A stretch of DNA of 49,431 nt, counting the filler, from Sphacelaria rigidula (lineage: Eukaryota), in NCBI GenBank assembly GCA_964200075.2. It is 3 parts of 3 records of this genome, joined end to end, with 100 filler letters (N's around TTAATTAATTAA, not from the genome) between each part and the next. Parts side by side here need not be neighbours in the genome. Positions count along the whole stretch, not along the records: positions 1 to 16,415 come from CAXNAA020001369.1; 2 more parts are not named here. The stretch is one strand, 5' to 3'. Both the position numbers and the translations under genes were made by a program. The notes beneath the pieces are model-generated. The model searched no databases, was not told the DNA's origin, and saw only the letters and a program-made list of their open reading frames with translations. Shown in pieces: positions 1-14,000 of this stretch (the stretch's first letter is position 1; the number at the start of each line of letters is the position of its first letter).

Positions 1-1172
1 TGCCAGATTCAGTCGCCTTGTGAACATGACCACATATATAGTAGGGTACATTTATTCCCGAATTTCCCCCGAAAACTACGTGTTAGTGTTATCAAGTAGG
101 GTTCACTATAGGATGGTCACCCAAAACAAATCGGGGGATGGGAGGTCGGGCCTACATAATACAAGTAAATGATGAAAAATTCGGGAATCCGAACCCCGAG
201 AACTTGGGCTTGCTTTTGCTTCGAAGGCTTTTTAGTGGGCCTGGGACAGCGTACACCAACTTTGCAATGACATCACTCCCGGAGACAGCCCTCCCCCCCG
301 CCCCCACTGGTCGTTCTGATGTGGTCGATAAATTTCGCCTCGCCCTGATTGGACAGGTCGCTCTCAGACTTGTGAATTATTATTTTACGAACACATGGTG
401 AACATGGTGTTGGTGAGCTTCAGTCCCTAAGGGTTAAGGTGTTACGATCTCAGAACGATTTCCCGCGATTTTTCGAAAAAATCGGGGGAAATCGTTCCGC
501 GATCGTGCCTTCCGATTTTTTCAGATGACGTATGTGCTGTGACGTTCAGTTGTGGGAAACGACGCGTCTTGTAGTTACGACCGCAGCAGAAGGCGGTCTC
601 GTGACAGCGCAACGGGGGCCTGCGTGCGCCAGCTGCTGAGGCAGCTCTCCATGGGGTTTGCAGAGCGGATAATGAGTTTAGACGCCGTACCCTGCGCCGT
701 TGGTAATATTTTGTGCTGCACTGCGCTGCCGCATGTATCACTATCTCGAACGGTGCTGTGCTCTCCTAGTCTGTTGTCGCTGTACTTGCAGGGTGATTTG
801 TGGCACTGCACTACTGAACTCTTCGCGCAGACTGTTTGTTCACTGTTCTCGCAATATCGACTGTGCCATGATACCACACATTATCTTGTGCTGTAATGAT
901 GGAGTGGCCTGCACTGTATAACTCTAGGGTACCGCGGTGCGACACTGTACTCGAAGGATTATTCACCGCCCCCCTGCTCTTCAGCTTCATGCTCGAGTAC
1001 GCAACACTCATGCAGAAAATGACTGTCTGTGTACAGAACTGTGTCACAAATCTGTGCTACTGTTGTCTGTACCATAAAACGCCCCCCCCCCGATTTCAAA
1101 GAAATCGGAGTCTCATAAAAATCGACATTTGTTGCCATAAAAATTGGTCTCAGGAGCCGACAAAAAATCGTA

Positions 1173-1509
1173 GATCTGAGGATTTGTACGTAAACAATGG
1201 TTGGTACTCGATTTTACTCGATTTCAGACTGAACAAAGTTATGAGAAAATTCATGGTCTGGGGCAGGTGATCAGTGGTGACCAGTAGACCCAGCTCGTTC
1301 AGAACGTGTTTTCGTCCAAAATCGACTCAAAGGCGTCGATTTGAGCTCTGACAACGCACACTTTCCCTAGGGAACACTCTGCACCGCCTTGCCCGAGGGT
1401 TGTCGATATGCCTTGGTCGGGGTCAGGGTTAGGGCTAGCGTTAGGGTTGGCGGCATATCCATAGTACCAACCATTTACCAACCATTGTTCTCGTACAAAT
1501 CCTCAGATC
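1173..1509 (+). mobile_element. MITE family A (hAT-like, telomere-repeat-bearing), copy 1
   Basis: 34-bp inverted repeats 1173-1206 (gatctgaggatttgtacgtaaacaatggttggta) and 1476-1509 with 2 mismatches; internal gggtcagggttagggctagcgttagggttgg; homologous to copies at ~27516, 30712, 32484, 41646. Confidence 0.8.
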
Positions 1510-3859
1510 CCCCGTGCAGAAGGGAGCGAGGGTCTTTGGAGTACACGAGCAAGGGGACGGTGCCTATGAATCATGAGCATGGTACCGTGTGGAGGTCGAT
1601 ACCAAGTCCTTGGTGCAATTCAGTTCGATTAGCATCCTGTCGCGCCAATGTTGTTGACTCAGTTTTTTTTTAATTTCAATACGGTACAGCATCAGTGTAC
1701 TAGCGTATCATGTATCGTAGTGAACATGTTTTGTACAAGGTGCAGCAAAGACCGTACGGTGTTGTTTGTTCTGTCTCCATGGGAAAGGATGTAAACGGGA
1801 TGTGAACAACGTGCAGTGCAGACAGGACTGTCTGTACTGCTCACACATCAGGATGTAGACGAGGCGGACCTTTCCATGACGCTCGGGCATTGAATCACTT
1901 TGCTATTGTGTCACATGGTCGAAGCAAACTTTCGTGTTCTAAACGCACCGCGATCTCTGAACTTTACCGTGTGTTGCAGCACCAACGCCTTCGAGGCCAT
2001 GTTACGCACATATATTGTGACTGGTGAACTCTCACGGCTGCTCCGACAGCTCGAAATACGGGCAGCGTTACCAAGTCCTTTTGGGGGACGAAGGTTTTCC
2101 AAGATCAGAAGTTCGCAGACAGATACTCTGCCCGCTCATCTTATCGAGAAAAGTAGACGTTCGGAGAAATCAAAGTTCGTTGAAAAATGGGCTGATCAGA
2201 AACGCCTTCCAAGCTGTACAGACAGTACGTACACAGTAGACGGTACATTCATGGAGTACTGCGGCATACATCACACAGTCTCATTCACTTTCGATGGCAT
2301 GGAGGCGGTATTTCGGAATGTTGGAAGTCGAGACAAGGTGCGCCCCGTGTGTAATGATGCCGAAACTCGGACGATGTGTTGGCTGGTACCACAGCAACAC
2401 GGCACAGTCACAGGTTTAGTAGCACGCGCGGCTGAGGGCGCGGCGTGCATTGAAACGATGGATACCGCCGAGGCGTTTATATTTTTCCATTCAACACTTG
2501 CTGTCTGATGACAATTGCAGCGGGCACGGTATCAGTCGGGCACACAGGCAGCACCGGATCCTGGCAGTTTCATTTTGAATGTTCGCCCAGTTGTGGATGA
2601 ATCCTCGAAAATACACAGCTGAGAAGCATCGTTTAGTCTCCGTTACATCTCTGAAGGTTTTGGGGTGGACGTTTCTGCTTAAACTCGCTTGACAAGTGTA
2701 GGTTAAGCTCCTGTCACGCGCACAATGCGATTCGGCACACCCCTTGCGGGCGTACCTGGAAAGGGTGTAACTTCCCCATACAGACAGTATTACAATTTCC
2801 CCGAAGGGGAGAGATGATGGTCTGGCAGTCCTGGGGGCGGGTGGTCTGGTATTTGTCTCGAGATACCAACTTAGAGTACGGCCGTGGAGGGTTGGTACGT
2901 TTACATTGCGGTGATTACCCCACTTTCACTTCGCCGGGGTCTTGCCGAATACTTGAAATGTTAGCACGTTACATTATATGTGCAAACGTGAACGTCTGCG
3001 TGTATGCCAAAGGGTCAGTTGTTTCTCATGTACAATCCTCCAGCCGTGTAGCTTCGCCGAAGGTACAGGCAGCTTTTCAAACGAAAGAGGCGGACTTGCA
3101 GCTCTGGGTGCGCCACCTTGAGCAAAGGCACACTTGGCCGAAGGCACACTTGAGGGGGGTCCCCGCTCATGTGCGAACGATTCACGGGGGAGTGGTGACG
3201 CCAAAAGGAGTAATGTGACAAATGACCCCGACACAGCCCTTGCCCAAGGCGTCAATACTCGGAATGGTGCGCAGTCTTTACACACAATCAGCGAACATTA
3301 CTTCACTATGACAGTGTGCCCAGACAGGGCGGGGGTTGCATGTACGAGAACACGGGACCAACCTCGTGCTGTTCTCCGGATCACAGCCACGGGTTCACTG
3401 GCACCCGCCTGGGATATGCAAAGTGACGTTCCTCCTGCGTGGTGCTGCTTTTCCGACCTTACTGGCACGCCTGTTTCCCAGCTGTTCGTGCTCAATGTGA
3501 TGAGCCCTCGTACCACGATGACTTCTGCTCTGAGCCCAGTGCAGTCGACACTGCGGAACATGAATGTTGCGACTGGAACGTGAGATATACGTAACCCATT
3601 CCTTCGAATAGCCTCCATATTATCGAAACGGGATGAGATTGTCACGGCTCAGACATTACACAGTGTACGATGCAGCAACAGTTGGGGATGCGAATCGCTC
3701 ACAGAACATATAGGAAATCTTCCCCCCAAAGTGTCCTGGCTCCTCATGATGGACAAATCAAGCTAGCCAGTCAGAAACAAAGGATCCATCCGGTCGGTTC
3801 CAAGAAACCCGGAAGGCCTTGTGCGCAGATCACACACTCTGCCGCAGCTGCCTTGATGA

Positions 3860-4760
3860 TGGGCGTGCTAATGATAATTATTTTTGAAGGGAAGATTATC
3901 CCGATGCAGATGCCGACCCTCGGGGTGGCTATATACAGAGGCAAAATAGAACAGAGAGTACAACAGCAGTACAATGCAGTACAAAAGCTGTGTGGTACAG
4001 ACAGTACAGTCCATTGTTGTCTGATCTCTTCCCCTGCTGCCCTCCTTCCCTTCTTCGATGTGCACCATAACTGATTAGTCTACACGAAATCTTTCGAAAA
4101 CTTTGAACTCATGCGCCTCTACGGCGGGTCACCTGGGTCTTGCGTTCATGTTTCAAGTCAAAATTATGCCAATGCGCAACAGATTACCCTTCCTAAAGGT
4201 GGCTGCATATAGATGGGCAAAGCCGAACAAGGCTCAATACAGCACAGGACTATTCAGCACGATGTAGAACAGTACAGTTCAGGAGAGTGTTGTCCTCTCT
4301 CCGCCCCTCCCCCCTGCGTTCCTCTCTATTGCTCCCATTATCTATGGTAATTACCATGTGGACCAGATGACAAAAACATGTCGAGAGCGGAAACTCGTCC
4401 TGCCCCCATACCTCCACAATCTGGGTTTTGCACTCATCTTTCGAGTCCAAATTATACCATTGCACAACAGATGACTCGCCCTGAAGGTGGTGATATATAG
4501 ATGGGTTACAATGCAGGTCAATGCAGTACAATACAGTACAGTACAGTTCACCAGAGTGTCGTCTTCTCTCTCTCCCTCCGTGCGTTCCTTCCTACTGCTC
4601 CCATTATCTATGGGTATCATCATGGACCAGATTGCAAGAAACCTTTGGAGAGTGTGAACCCGCCCTGCCCCCAGCTATGTACGTAAACCCTTGGGCGTCC
4701 ATGGTGGGCAACCTGGGTCCCTTTCATATTCCGAGTAAAATCATGCCAATCAAGTATATG
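3860..4760. repeat. Degenerate tandem repeat, ~290-bp unit, ~3 copies
   Basis: Anchor ctggg(t)...(g/a)agt..aaat..t.cca recurs at 4133, 4421, 4713; shared ggtgg....tatagatggg, cagtacagttca and gctcccattatctatgg blocks; older copy from ~3860. Confidence 0.7.
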
Positions 4761-6221
4761 TGAACACAACACTGAAGCCTGATACAAGTAGCAGCGCAGA
4801 GATGATGTACAGCCGGCAGGCCACATATGGCGGTGAAGGTGGACTCTGCATAACCAAGAAAGAGAAGAGCACAAGACAATCACCACGGTGTTGTCTGTTC
4901 CAGTACACAGCACGCTCTCCTACATGGGTCCCCAGAGCGGGTGGGTATACAAGCAGCAACGCTTCTCTGTTACTAACTTGTCGGAGTGCATCACACACGG
5001 ACATACTTTTACGGATCCGAAAAACGTTACTCCGGTTCAGACCTCTCCTCCCTTCTCGCCTCCACCGTTCCGTCTGCGTGTATTTTTTGTCGTTTGCTCT
5101 TGTCGGGGACGGTGGTTTGTTGGCGAGAGTCCCTCGATAGGTCGGCTGAATCAGGGACGATCTCGTCGATCACAAGTGCTATTCGAGCGCTGTTTTTTGC
5201 GTTGTGTACTTGAAATCACAATACTTGTTCTGATGACTTCGCTTTCCGGGAACGTCCCACGCTCGGCACATCAGGCGAAAAAAGTATTTTTTTGCAGAGT
5301 TTGAGCGAACGCTTGAAGAGTTAAGAAGAAAAGAAGTTTTCTTGCAATGCGTGTCAGGGGTGTGGACGTGTATGTGGCGTCTGAACAGGGAGGACGTCGC
5401 TTAAACGCACGATCTGCTTGATTTCATGATGCTGTGTTTAATCAACTGTATCCACATGGAAGAAAGGACACAAGGTTGACTTGTCTATGGTCGATAAAAT
5501 TCCGTCGAACGGCCTGACAAAACTCGGAGGCTAACACCCTCCCCCGATTCGCATCCCTAACAGTATAATGCAGCCAGTATCGCTGTGGAAAGATACAAAC
5601 ACCTGTACATACGTGCAGGAGATACTTGTACAGTTACGGGTGCGCCTGACCCCCCAAAATGGGCAAAAAAAGTGCCACCGACCAAAAGCACGAATAGACC
5701 GGAGATCTCGTCCATTCCTTGATCATACGCGCCGTAAATTCCCCCGAAGTACTTCTGATTCGAGTGAGGTTCCCACTTGACGATTTCCCATTTTCGTTGT
5801 CCCGGACTACACACCATAGCGTGTCTCGGTTACTCACCGGCGTGTATTAGTCTAATCTACAATCTGACACCATTATGGAACCAAATGAGGTACGCTGATG
5901 GAGAAAATCACAAAAAAACAGTTTTTTTTCACTTAATTTGATATAAAAGTCGGATCCCGACGAGAAGAACAAATTGACGTATTGAAGTGTAGCTGTCGTC
6001 TTGGCGCAGATGATGCACAAAGTCGCATCTCAATCGATGGCCTTGGCGATGAATAATCGGGGTACGCGTTTGGGCTGTGAGCGCAGACAAGCGCCTCCAA
6101 CCCTCGCCGGTTTCCACGACATGCGAAAACCTCACCCCTGTGAAACGGCCTCAGAGCCCGTGTTATCGAGTTCAACAATCTGGGAACGCGACGTGGTAGT
6201 GAAGGTGATTTTGGCGGTTGG

Positions 6222-6432
6222 GGATATATATGTGTACATGTATCATTTCGCATTTTTCACCACTTCTGCCGAGTTTTCTCTGGCTGAAAGGCATCTTAAC
6301 CTGCGCTTTGTTTTGCAGTGCAAGAAGGAAGGTCAGCGGTACATTACAGTTCAGGTTCGGATGTCATCTGACACCTGTGGCGCGTGTTCTGGCCAACGAA
6401 AGTCGCCCACACTGACTCTTTTTCGCGGGGTG
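6222..6432 (+). repeat. Dispersed repeat family B, copy 1
   Basis: tgtacatgtatcatttc...gccgagttt...tgcagtgca...caggtt.ggatgtcatctga...gttctggcca also found inverted at 28510-28722 and partially at 26460-26562. Confidence 0.75.
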
Positions 6433-9256
6433 ACTCGCTGTTTACGTGTCACACCTTCCTTCCACAATCGATCATGCCGGGACTCGAACCGCTTATCTTC
6501 CGTCCAAAAAGCCAACATTTTCATCATTACATCCAGGCAACGTGCGTTGGCAGAGTGGTGACTACGTCGATAGCGTGTACATCTGCGCTGTGTGCTTTGG
6601 GAGTGAAGAAGCTCAGATTTTGTGTTGATATGGTGAACAACTGAGTTTTGTGCATTTGGATGTGTCTGTGCATGTTGGGCACCAGCACCGGTAAACTATG
6701 GGAGGTGGAAAGAGGGAAGTTACTCTGACGCGATTATGGTGTCATGTTCATCTCATTGTCCAATGGTCTGCATGTGATTACATGCACACGGGGTGTGGAG
6801 TTACTACTTTGTCAGCAGCCCGGTGTTTTTTTCATGAAAGTAGTTTCGTGCTGTCAACTACTGTGTGAGAACCCTGTGCAACTAGTTGCTGTCAGCATAC
6901 TCGTATCTCGGACGGAGAAGTTCATCGCAGTGGTTGTCCATAAACAGTGTCGTGAGAAAATGTACTGAACTACGACCTGGGCCAGTCGTGAAGCTTAGAA
7001 CCCTCAGCGCACAACAACCTCTCCAGGTCCCCGGGTCAGCCCGATTTGAGCATATCGATGTGAAGGGCAGAGCTCCCTGACCATGCAAGCTCTACCGCTG
7101 AAGACAACATATAATCATGTACTGTATTATGTATGGCCTTGACGTCGGAACCAGATTCTGCGAAATACCGAGGATATGTCGGGTCCAAATTCGTAACCTT
7201 CACAACTGGAGTCTCCTGTATCACCTGGATTCCAGGGGCGTAGCAATGTCCCACAAATGATTTCACGCTAGGCACAACTTTAGGAGCTCTCAGTCGAAGG
7301 TTTACCAGAATCGTTTGCGCACAAGTATAAAACTTGTGACGAGACATGCCGTTTTTCTTGTTCACCGAGTTCTGACGTTTTCCAGTTTTCACTGAAAATT
7401 CAAATCACTCTGACGTTTGGTTTCGTGTTTTTTTCTCGGCATCCTCGGAGATGTTGCGCGCTTCGATGATGAACATCTCGTGTCGAAATTTCAGTGCCAA
7501 ACCTCTCTATTCAAACACCGTGTCACCCGGTTACCGATGAAGGTCACAATCAGCCAGCCCAGCTCGTAGTTAATGAGAGGGTAAGTACCTCGAGTAACTA
7601 CTTGTACTACTTGATTGTCACGGACGTCAGACAATTTTGACGTTGTACTCACCGTTCGGCAACCCCTCCCACCAACAACTGAAGAGAATGCTCGAGGGTG
7701 GTCGCCAGCGACTATTGCCAAAGTTGTCACGAAAAGTTACCAGGAAGCAATGAGTCCAGCATGACACTCGGTATGCGCACATGCGCAGATATCGAAACCC
7801 AGTTCAACCCTGTAGTGTCACAGTGCTGGAATTATTTGCAGCTCAAACTCTGGAAGATGGGGATCTTCTTCAGTGTGCGCCTACTCTAGTTGTTGGCCAG
7901 CGCGCAGCACTCATACTCGAACGCAGGCATTGTTGTTCCCCATATGGGACATCTTGTGCACAAACGAGAAGTTGGCAGCTCTTCCATTTCTGTCCATGTT
8001 GGATTCAACCATGTGTGCATTTACCGTTCCAACAAACAGGTATTCCATACATTAGATGGGGATCGAACCGCGCGAGACTATCCTGTGCAGCACCAAGGTA
8101 TATTCTCAACACCCGCTTAGTCTCAATGGATCGTGCCTACGGAGGTGTGTGGGGTATCGTCATGGTTCATACCGATCATACGCGTAATGCCGGAGGTCAG
8201 GTCTTCACGTATTGCACATACGCCCACAATACGTCCTGTTTATCCAGGTTGACTTACGGTAAACGCCTGTGCACTCAAACAGCTGCAAACGTGCGTGACT
8301 GCCAGTGAATGAAACAAACGACTTCGAGCGCAATCTTTCTCGTGCGCGCTGTATATGCGCAAAGCGCTTCGTCCAATCTGATGTACACGAATCAGACACT
8401 ACAAGTAGAATCATGGTAGCAGTCAATTCGTCCTCGAGGGATTCGCCGTGCTGTGTCACTGTCCGTCGTGTTGTTGACCCCTCCATCGCCGGTGTTGAGT
8501 CAGTTGAGTAGGCATAATTTTTTCTTGAAGAATGAGTGAAACCCCGATGCTCCACCATGGCGGTCAAGGGGCTGACCAGGTACACATGAAGAGCACGGCA
8601 ATACCGTTTCCGTCTGTACATGAGGAGTCCGGCACGCCAATACCACCCGAGCGTGATGTCTTTACCCCGCGAGAGAAATATCGCAGTGCAGATACCCCAC
8701 TGCAACCAACCTGTATCGTCGACTTGTACTTGTTGTGGAGATTGATATTACTTCATGAGGACATGCCTCGACCGCCAGGAGCAGAGCGCTGCCGTGACGA
8801 AGACGAGCGCACGCTAGACTGTCATGTTCGGAGTACCGCTCCAAATGGAAGTACCTAGCGGTAAACGTCAAAAGAAAGAAACATGTTTCCGATGGCAGTC
8901 AAGATCAGCAGGTTGTCGTCGTGGGGGTTTTGTCACAAGCCTTTCGCCGCGGATGAATCGGCGTGTGGTAGTTGATACATATCTTCTTCGTCTACCGACA
9001 AAATGGGATGTGATACGTTGTACATCGCTCGTCGGGTGTGCCCATTTCTCTGTTGTGCGCAGGTGTCTTGCAATACTAAATGTGAGCCAACATTATCCTG
9101 CACGAAGTGAAGCCAAGCAATGTCGGAAGGCCACTCGACGTGAAAACCGGAGATTTCTATTTGATTCAACCAAGGACGTGTCTTCGGCCGCTCCTGATGA
9201 CGGACACGGATACAAATCTGGAAATAACTCCTTTTTGGAGCTTGTACGTCATCCTA

Positions 9257-9585
9257 CGCCCTATGAGAGAGCTAGGCGGAGTTTGACACCTTGGAATGAC
9301 TCGCTCTACTAGTTGAGGCGATTCCAGAATACCTCCCCGTTTTCCGATGGCTGCAATATTTATTTCGGCCAGATACGACTTATTGTCGAAGAACGGTCGA
9401 GTCTAGAAATAATCGCCACTTTTCTCTAGACTTGACTTTTTTTTACCGTTCTTGAATCAAACTTCTTGTTTGGCCAAAATGAAAACTGCGGCAACTGGGA
9501 AATGGCAAGATGTCCTGGAACTGCCCCAACTAGTAGAGAAAGTTATTCCAAGGTGTCAAACTCCGCCTAGCTCTCTTTTGGGGCG
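9257..9585. mobile_element. Foldback MITE with TA target-site duplication (Tc1/mariner-type)
   Basis: ~120-bp imperfect inverted arms (gagagctaggcggagtttgacaccttggaat / attccaaggtgtcaaactccgcctagctctc), inner palindromic pairs aagaacggt/accgttctt, flanked by TA at 9255-9256 and 9586-9587. Confidence 0.8.
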
Positions 9586-9899
9586 TAAACCGACGTGAGA
9601 GCTCAAAAAAGGCACTTTTCCAGATTTATATTTTTGTCTGTCATAAGAAGCTGCCTGAAGATATTTGTATCCGCTCCACATTCCAAGAAAAAAAATCATC
9701 TGTTCTCAATATTGAGTGACTTGCGGGCTGATCGGTCATCGAGTGTCCTCCCACGTTCTAGCCCAGGTTCTCACTCTCCGGTTATTCGGTCGATCAAGCC
9801 CGTCCCGATCATATTTGTGAAGAAAATTACATTTTTTTTTCTAATTGTACCTACTCATCGCACTACTACAGTGGCATATAGTTTGTGAAGACTCGACGC

Positions 9900-10610
9900 C
9901 GAATTTCTAGAGTTTGGGCGACTGTAACGTTCTAAAGCTTAATAGAATCGCATCAATAAAGGTGTCACGCAGGAGGAGAAAAAAACGAAAACAAGATAAT
10001 TTTGTCATGATTTATTGCTCAAATATCCATGAGTTTGGACGTTACCCTTGAGCTTGATCGGGGTAAAAGTCTCAAGAAATACTTTACTATAGAATCGTTG
10101 GTTGTGACTGGGATATAACAACCGATGTCTTGTAAAAATCGTATGGATGAGGGTGTCACGCGAGAAAAAACAAAACGGGGAAACAATATCTTCGTAATCA
10201 GATAGGCTTTAATATCCATTATTTTGGACGTGACCCTTGGACTGACTCGGGGTGAAGTTCGGACAAATATGTCGCTGTAGAACCGTCAATTGGGATTGGG
10301 GTGTAACAAATGATGGCTTCAAAGAACCGCATGAATGAGAGTGTCACGCAGGAGAAAACAGAACGGAAAAACAGTATTTTCATCATGAGTTATGCCGTGA
10401 TATATATGATTTTGGACGTTACCATTGAGCTGGGTCGGGGTAAACGTTTGAACGAATATTGCGCCGTAGAATCGTCAATTTTGATGAGAGTAAAACAGCC
10501 GAAGGCTTCATATAACGGTATGAATAGGGGTGTGACGCAGGAGAAAACAAAACGGAAAAATATATCATGTCGTAATACGTCATGCCTTAATATACATGTT
10601 ACTTTTGGGC
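9900..10610. repeat. Tandem repeat, ~189-bp unit, ~3.7 copies
   Basis: Anchor (g/a)gtgt(c/g)acgc at 9961, 10152, 10340, 10529 (spacing 191/188/189); shared tttggacgt.acc.tt and tagaa.cgt blocks. Confidence 0.8.
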
Positions 10611-13429
10611 TGAACCAGGTGGTCGTTTACCCGAGGTGCCCCTATTCAAATGTCCATATCTCGAGAGTGCGGGCGCTGATTCGAAATCTACATAGATCGT
10701 TCAAACCTTCTGGTTCACGGCTGTCTATTGGAACTGGTTCTACGGTTTGATGCCCAGAGGTGGGTTCGAATAAAGGATTCCCCCGTAACGTAGAAACGTA
10801 GTGCTCGTTTTCGACGTGCGATACCGCAACTTGTTTTTGCTTTCTGCATATGCGACCGGAACCTGACGGAAGCGACACTCTTGAAGCTTTATTTGATACA
10901 TCCAAGTTACTCATGTGTTGCGGTGATATCAAAATAATGGTGTCGACCGCTGGCTTGAAGGTTTTGGTGGCGCTACGAAACAGGTTTTTGTTGGGGGGGT
11001 GACCCTCGTGCGCATTTTTTTTCCTATCCATTTACGTCTATTAACTATACGCCACCGTGATGGAGCCGAAAAATGTGTTTTCACGGTCCATACAGTAGTC
11101 AGCGTCAGAAGTATGCAGAATCCGTAATTTCTCAGTTTCTCAAAGATTGTCCAAATTCGTTTTGCTTGCCACTTCTCATCACAGTGACTATTGGATGCCA
11201 AAAAATGGGCATCCAGAGATATTTCATACCTCTTGACACATATTTCAAGAAAAGTTATCTGCGATCAATAATGAGTGACTTACGGGCTTGACCGATATTC
11301 GGGGGTCTTGCGAAAAGACGACCCCAGGCTCTAGCTTTTCGGTATTTTCGGTGGACCGACTCGATCCGGATCATATAAGTGAAGACTCAAAAAGGATTGT
11401 TTTTTTGAAATTCCACCTAGTCACTGCGCTAAAGCAGGAAAACTATGTGTCTTGAACCGTTTACGTTAATAACACCCTCCTGATAAAATAGGGTCTTTAC
11501 CCGGTATCGTCCCCACGACACCAACTTGGGCGATTGTGATTTGAGCATGGTTTGCTTATTTTACCAAATCTTTCGACGCTAGCACTTTCGAGTGTTCATG
11601 GAAAATGTTATGCGAAAACCCCCCGAAAATAGGCCATCCGTAGAAAATGCTAGACTAAGGTCTGTGCAGTATAGGAGGGGAATACGATCTCGATCGTTAT
11701 TGTGAAGAATTTTATACGTATTTATTTATCTGGAATATTTAGAGTTTCGTCGCTGAAGAGCGGAAAAACTGCTTATATTGGACCAAAAACGGTCAATAAC
11801 ACCCTCCTGATAAACGGGGTATCAAGTTCGTATCGCCCCAAAAACACCATCGTGAGCGCTACGGTTTGAGCGCGGCGTACGCTTTTCCCCTAAATCTACC
11901 GGCGCCAGCACTTCCAAGTAGTAATGAAGAACGGTACCCCAGCAAAACTCAGAAAAAAGGACAACTACGAATTCTGAAAACTTCTGATGCTGACTACTAT
12001 ATCCCGAAAGGGGTAGACTGGCGCCCAGAATATATGGGACAACACAAACACCTGCTTTCAGTAAATAACGCTCATTCATACTGCTTGACATCTCTCCTAC
12101 CAAATACAAGTGCACCGCGATTGTCGTGGGCCCTCTGACGCACCCATGAGCCCATCTCCGCGTGGAAGCAAACACCCCCCCACATGTGAAGCACTCACTA
12201 CCGTTATATTTGTAGCAATTTGCGCGGTATTTCTGACAGTGACAGTAGGTCGGCCGATCAATCGGGATCTGTATCGGCCGAAAGTAGTACGAAGGGTCCA
12301 CTCATGGAAAGCCGTCGTCGATCAGGGGGAATGCATATGATTCACGCAAATGGATGTAGTCTGGAAATCAAACATGCTTCACATGCTTCCCTCTGGTATC
12401 TCGCAAGCACCCTCAGATGGGGCCGTTGCGGGATTTCGACACTTGCCGATTTTAGAGTTACTCTACATTGTACGTCGTGCTTTAACCCGCCATGGGCAGC
12501 GACGCGGGTGCCTCATCATGCGTATCACATACTTAGTTCGAGTGAACTTGATGCCGATTCAGCAGATGGACTATACCCATCGATATCGGAGGTTTGACTT
12601 TAGACAACGGAAGTGAGCAACACTCCTGGCCGATGATGGTGGTGGAACGTCCTGCTGAGACTATACGACGGCTCCGTACGCACTCGATCGTGTATTAGTG
12701 GTCACCGGTATAGATCGATGACGACACACTACTGTTCGTGATCAGGCATATATCAGTTTGATACATTCGATATTTACAAGTCAGTGGTCGTGAAAAACAA
12801 AGAGGGATGTTACGTACATGTGCGCGTCTTGCCGGCGAAACTTGTGGAACAAAAAATAACGTATCATAGCCTACATCTGTGACCACGGGTTCGCGAGATC
12901 GGACTAATGTGCGAAAATAATAATAATAAAAAAAATCCGGATACACACACGAATTTAAAGCTTGTACTTCGAAGCGTTCAGCACCCGGGAAATATCACAT
13001 GCCCTTACCTGTAAGGGGCTCGTGGACATGTCGGCCCCTGCGCTGTGAGGTGATGCGCCCGCTTCTCTCGAGAAGAACTTCCCGGTCGGCACTGGGGTGT
13101 TGTTGCCTTCAGAGCCCCCTCTGTCAGCAGATCACCCCCCCCCCGTCGTTACCGGGGGCGGGTGACTCGGATCCCTGTGAGACGGACTGTTGGCGACGTG
13201 GTGCCCTGCTCCCTCTTTGCAATATGTTACGGGTCGCTCCTCCCCTTGTGGAGCGGGTAGTATTCGCGCTTGAGGGCACTGATTGCGAGCGTGAGGATCG
13301 CCCTCGTCTGCCGGGAGGCATATCCGCTATTCGTCACCGTCAAATGAAGGAGGATATAGCTATACCGCGGGTATGTGAGATTTTGAGGGGTCGGGCTGTG
13401 GAGCGATGCAGCTGACATCTGGTTGTCAT

Positions 13430-14000
13430 CCTCCATGATATCAGTTCTGTGGCGGATAATTGAATTGCGGATAATCAGTGTTTTATTTTTATTACAGTCT
13501 TTGAAACGCCTCCGCGAAAAACGGTGAAAAACGGTGGATGATGGCAAAAGTCCTGATTTCACCAGGATCGTCCGCACCAGCTGTGCATGCAGCAGCGGCC
13601 CAGATAGTATCGCCCAGGCGGAAGGAACATGAAGGAACATGCGCGTGGACGATTGAGGTATGTTGATATATAGATAGGCAAAGTCTCTTGCAGATTGCAA
13701 TGACAAAAGTGCTCTATGCCGGAAGTTGTAGCAGAAACCGTCCTGCCCAGGGTGAACAGCACCCCCCCCTGTGAAAACCTGACCTCCGGTGTTATGGGAG
13801 AGCACTGCGCTCGCGTAACACCACCGGCAGAGACACAGAGAACGGTTTGAGCATCTTCATAAGGCAGCAGTTCCAGTGCAAAAGGTTTTACTGAAATCCA
13901 TCCATGTAGCAGATGAAACGAGTTAACTAAAGTTTGAGAAGTTTCAATTTTGCTCCGCACCAGCACATGGGTGCTCCAGAGAGGCCCCTTTCCGTCGTAC
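13430..14000 (-). pseudogene. Degenerate KDZ (Kyakuja-Dileera-Zisupton)/HMGXB3-like transposase fragment
   Basis: ORF 13227..13805(-) reads HNTGG...QDGFCYNF...LLSLQSARDFAYLY, resembling the KDZ motif (T/S)GG...CxHGxxY...LLxxESxRD, followed by QL...FHRFSR...N resembling the C-terminal helix; recognised by eye only. Confidence 0.45.

Noticed and set aside
1900..3660. Long ORFs (202, 149, 134 aa) as genes or transposase
   Set aside because: No recognisable motif or splice structure; possibly decayed TE coding sequence but unassignable by eye
6560..8900. Degenerate DDE transposase on minus strand (e.g. MSRHKFY, SLLPGN)
   Set aside because: Resemblance too weak to name; needs frameshift-aware BLASTX
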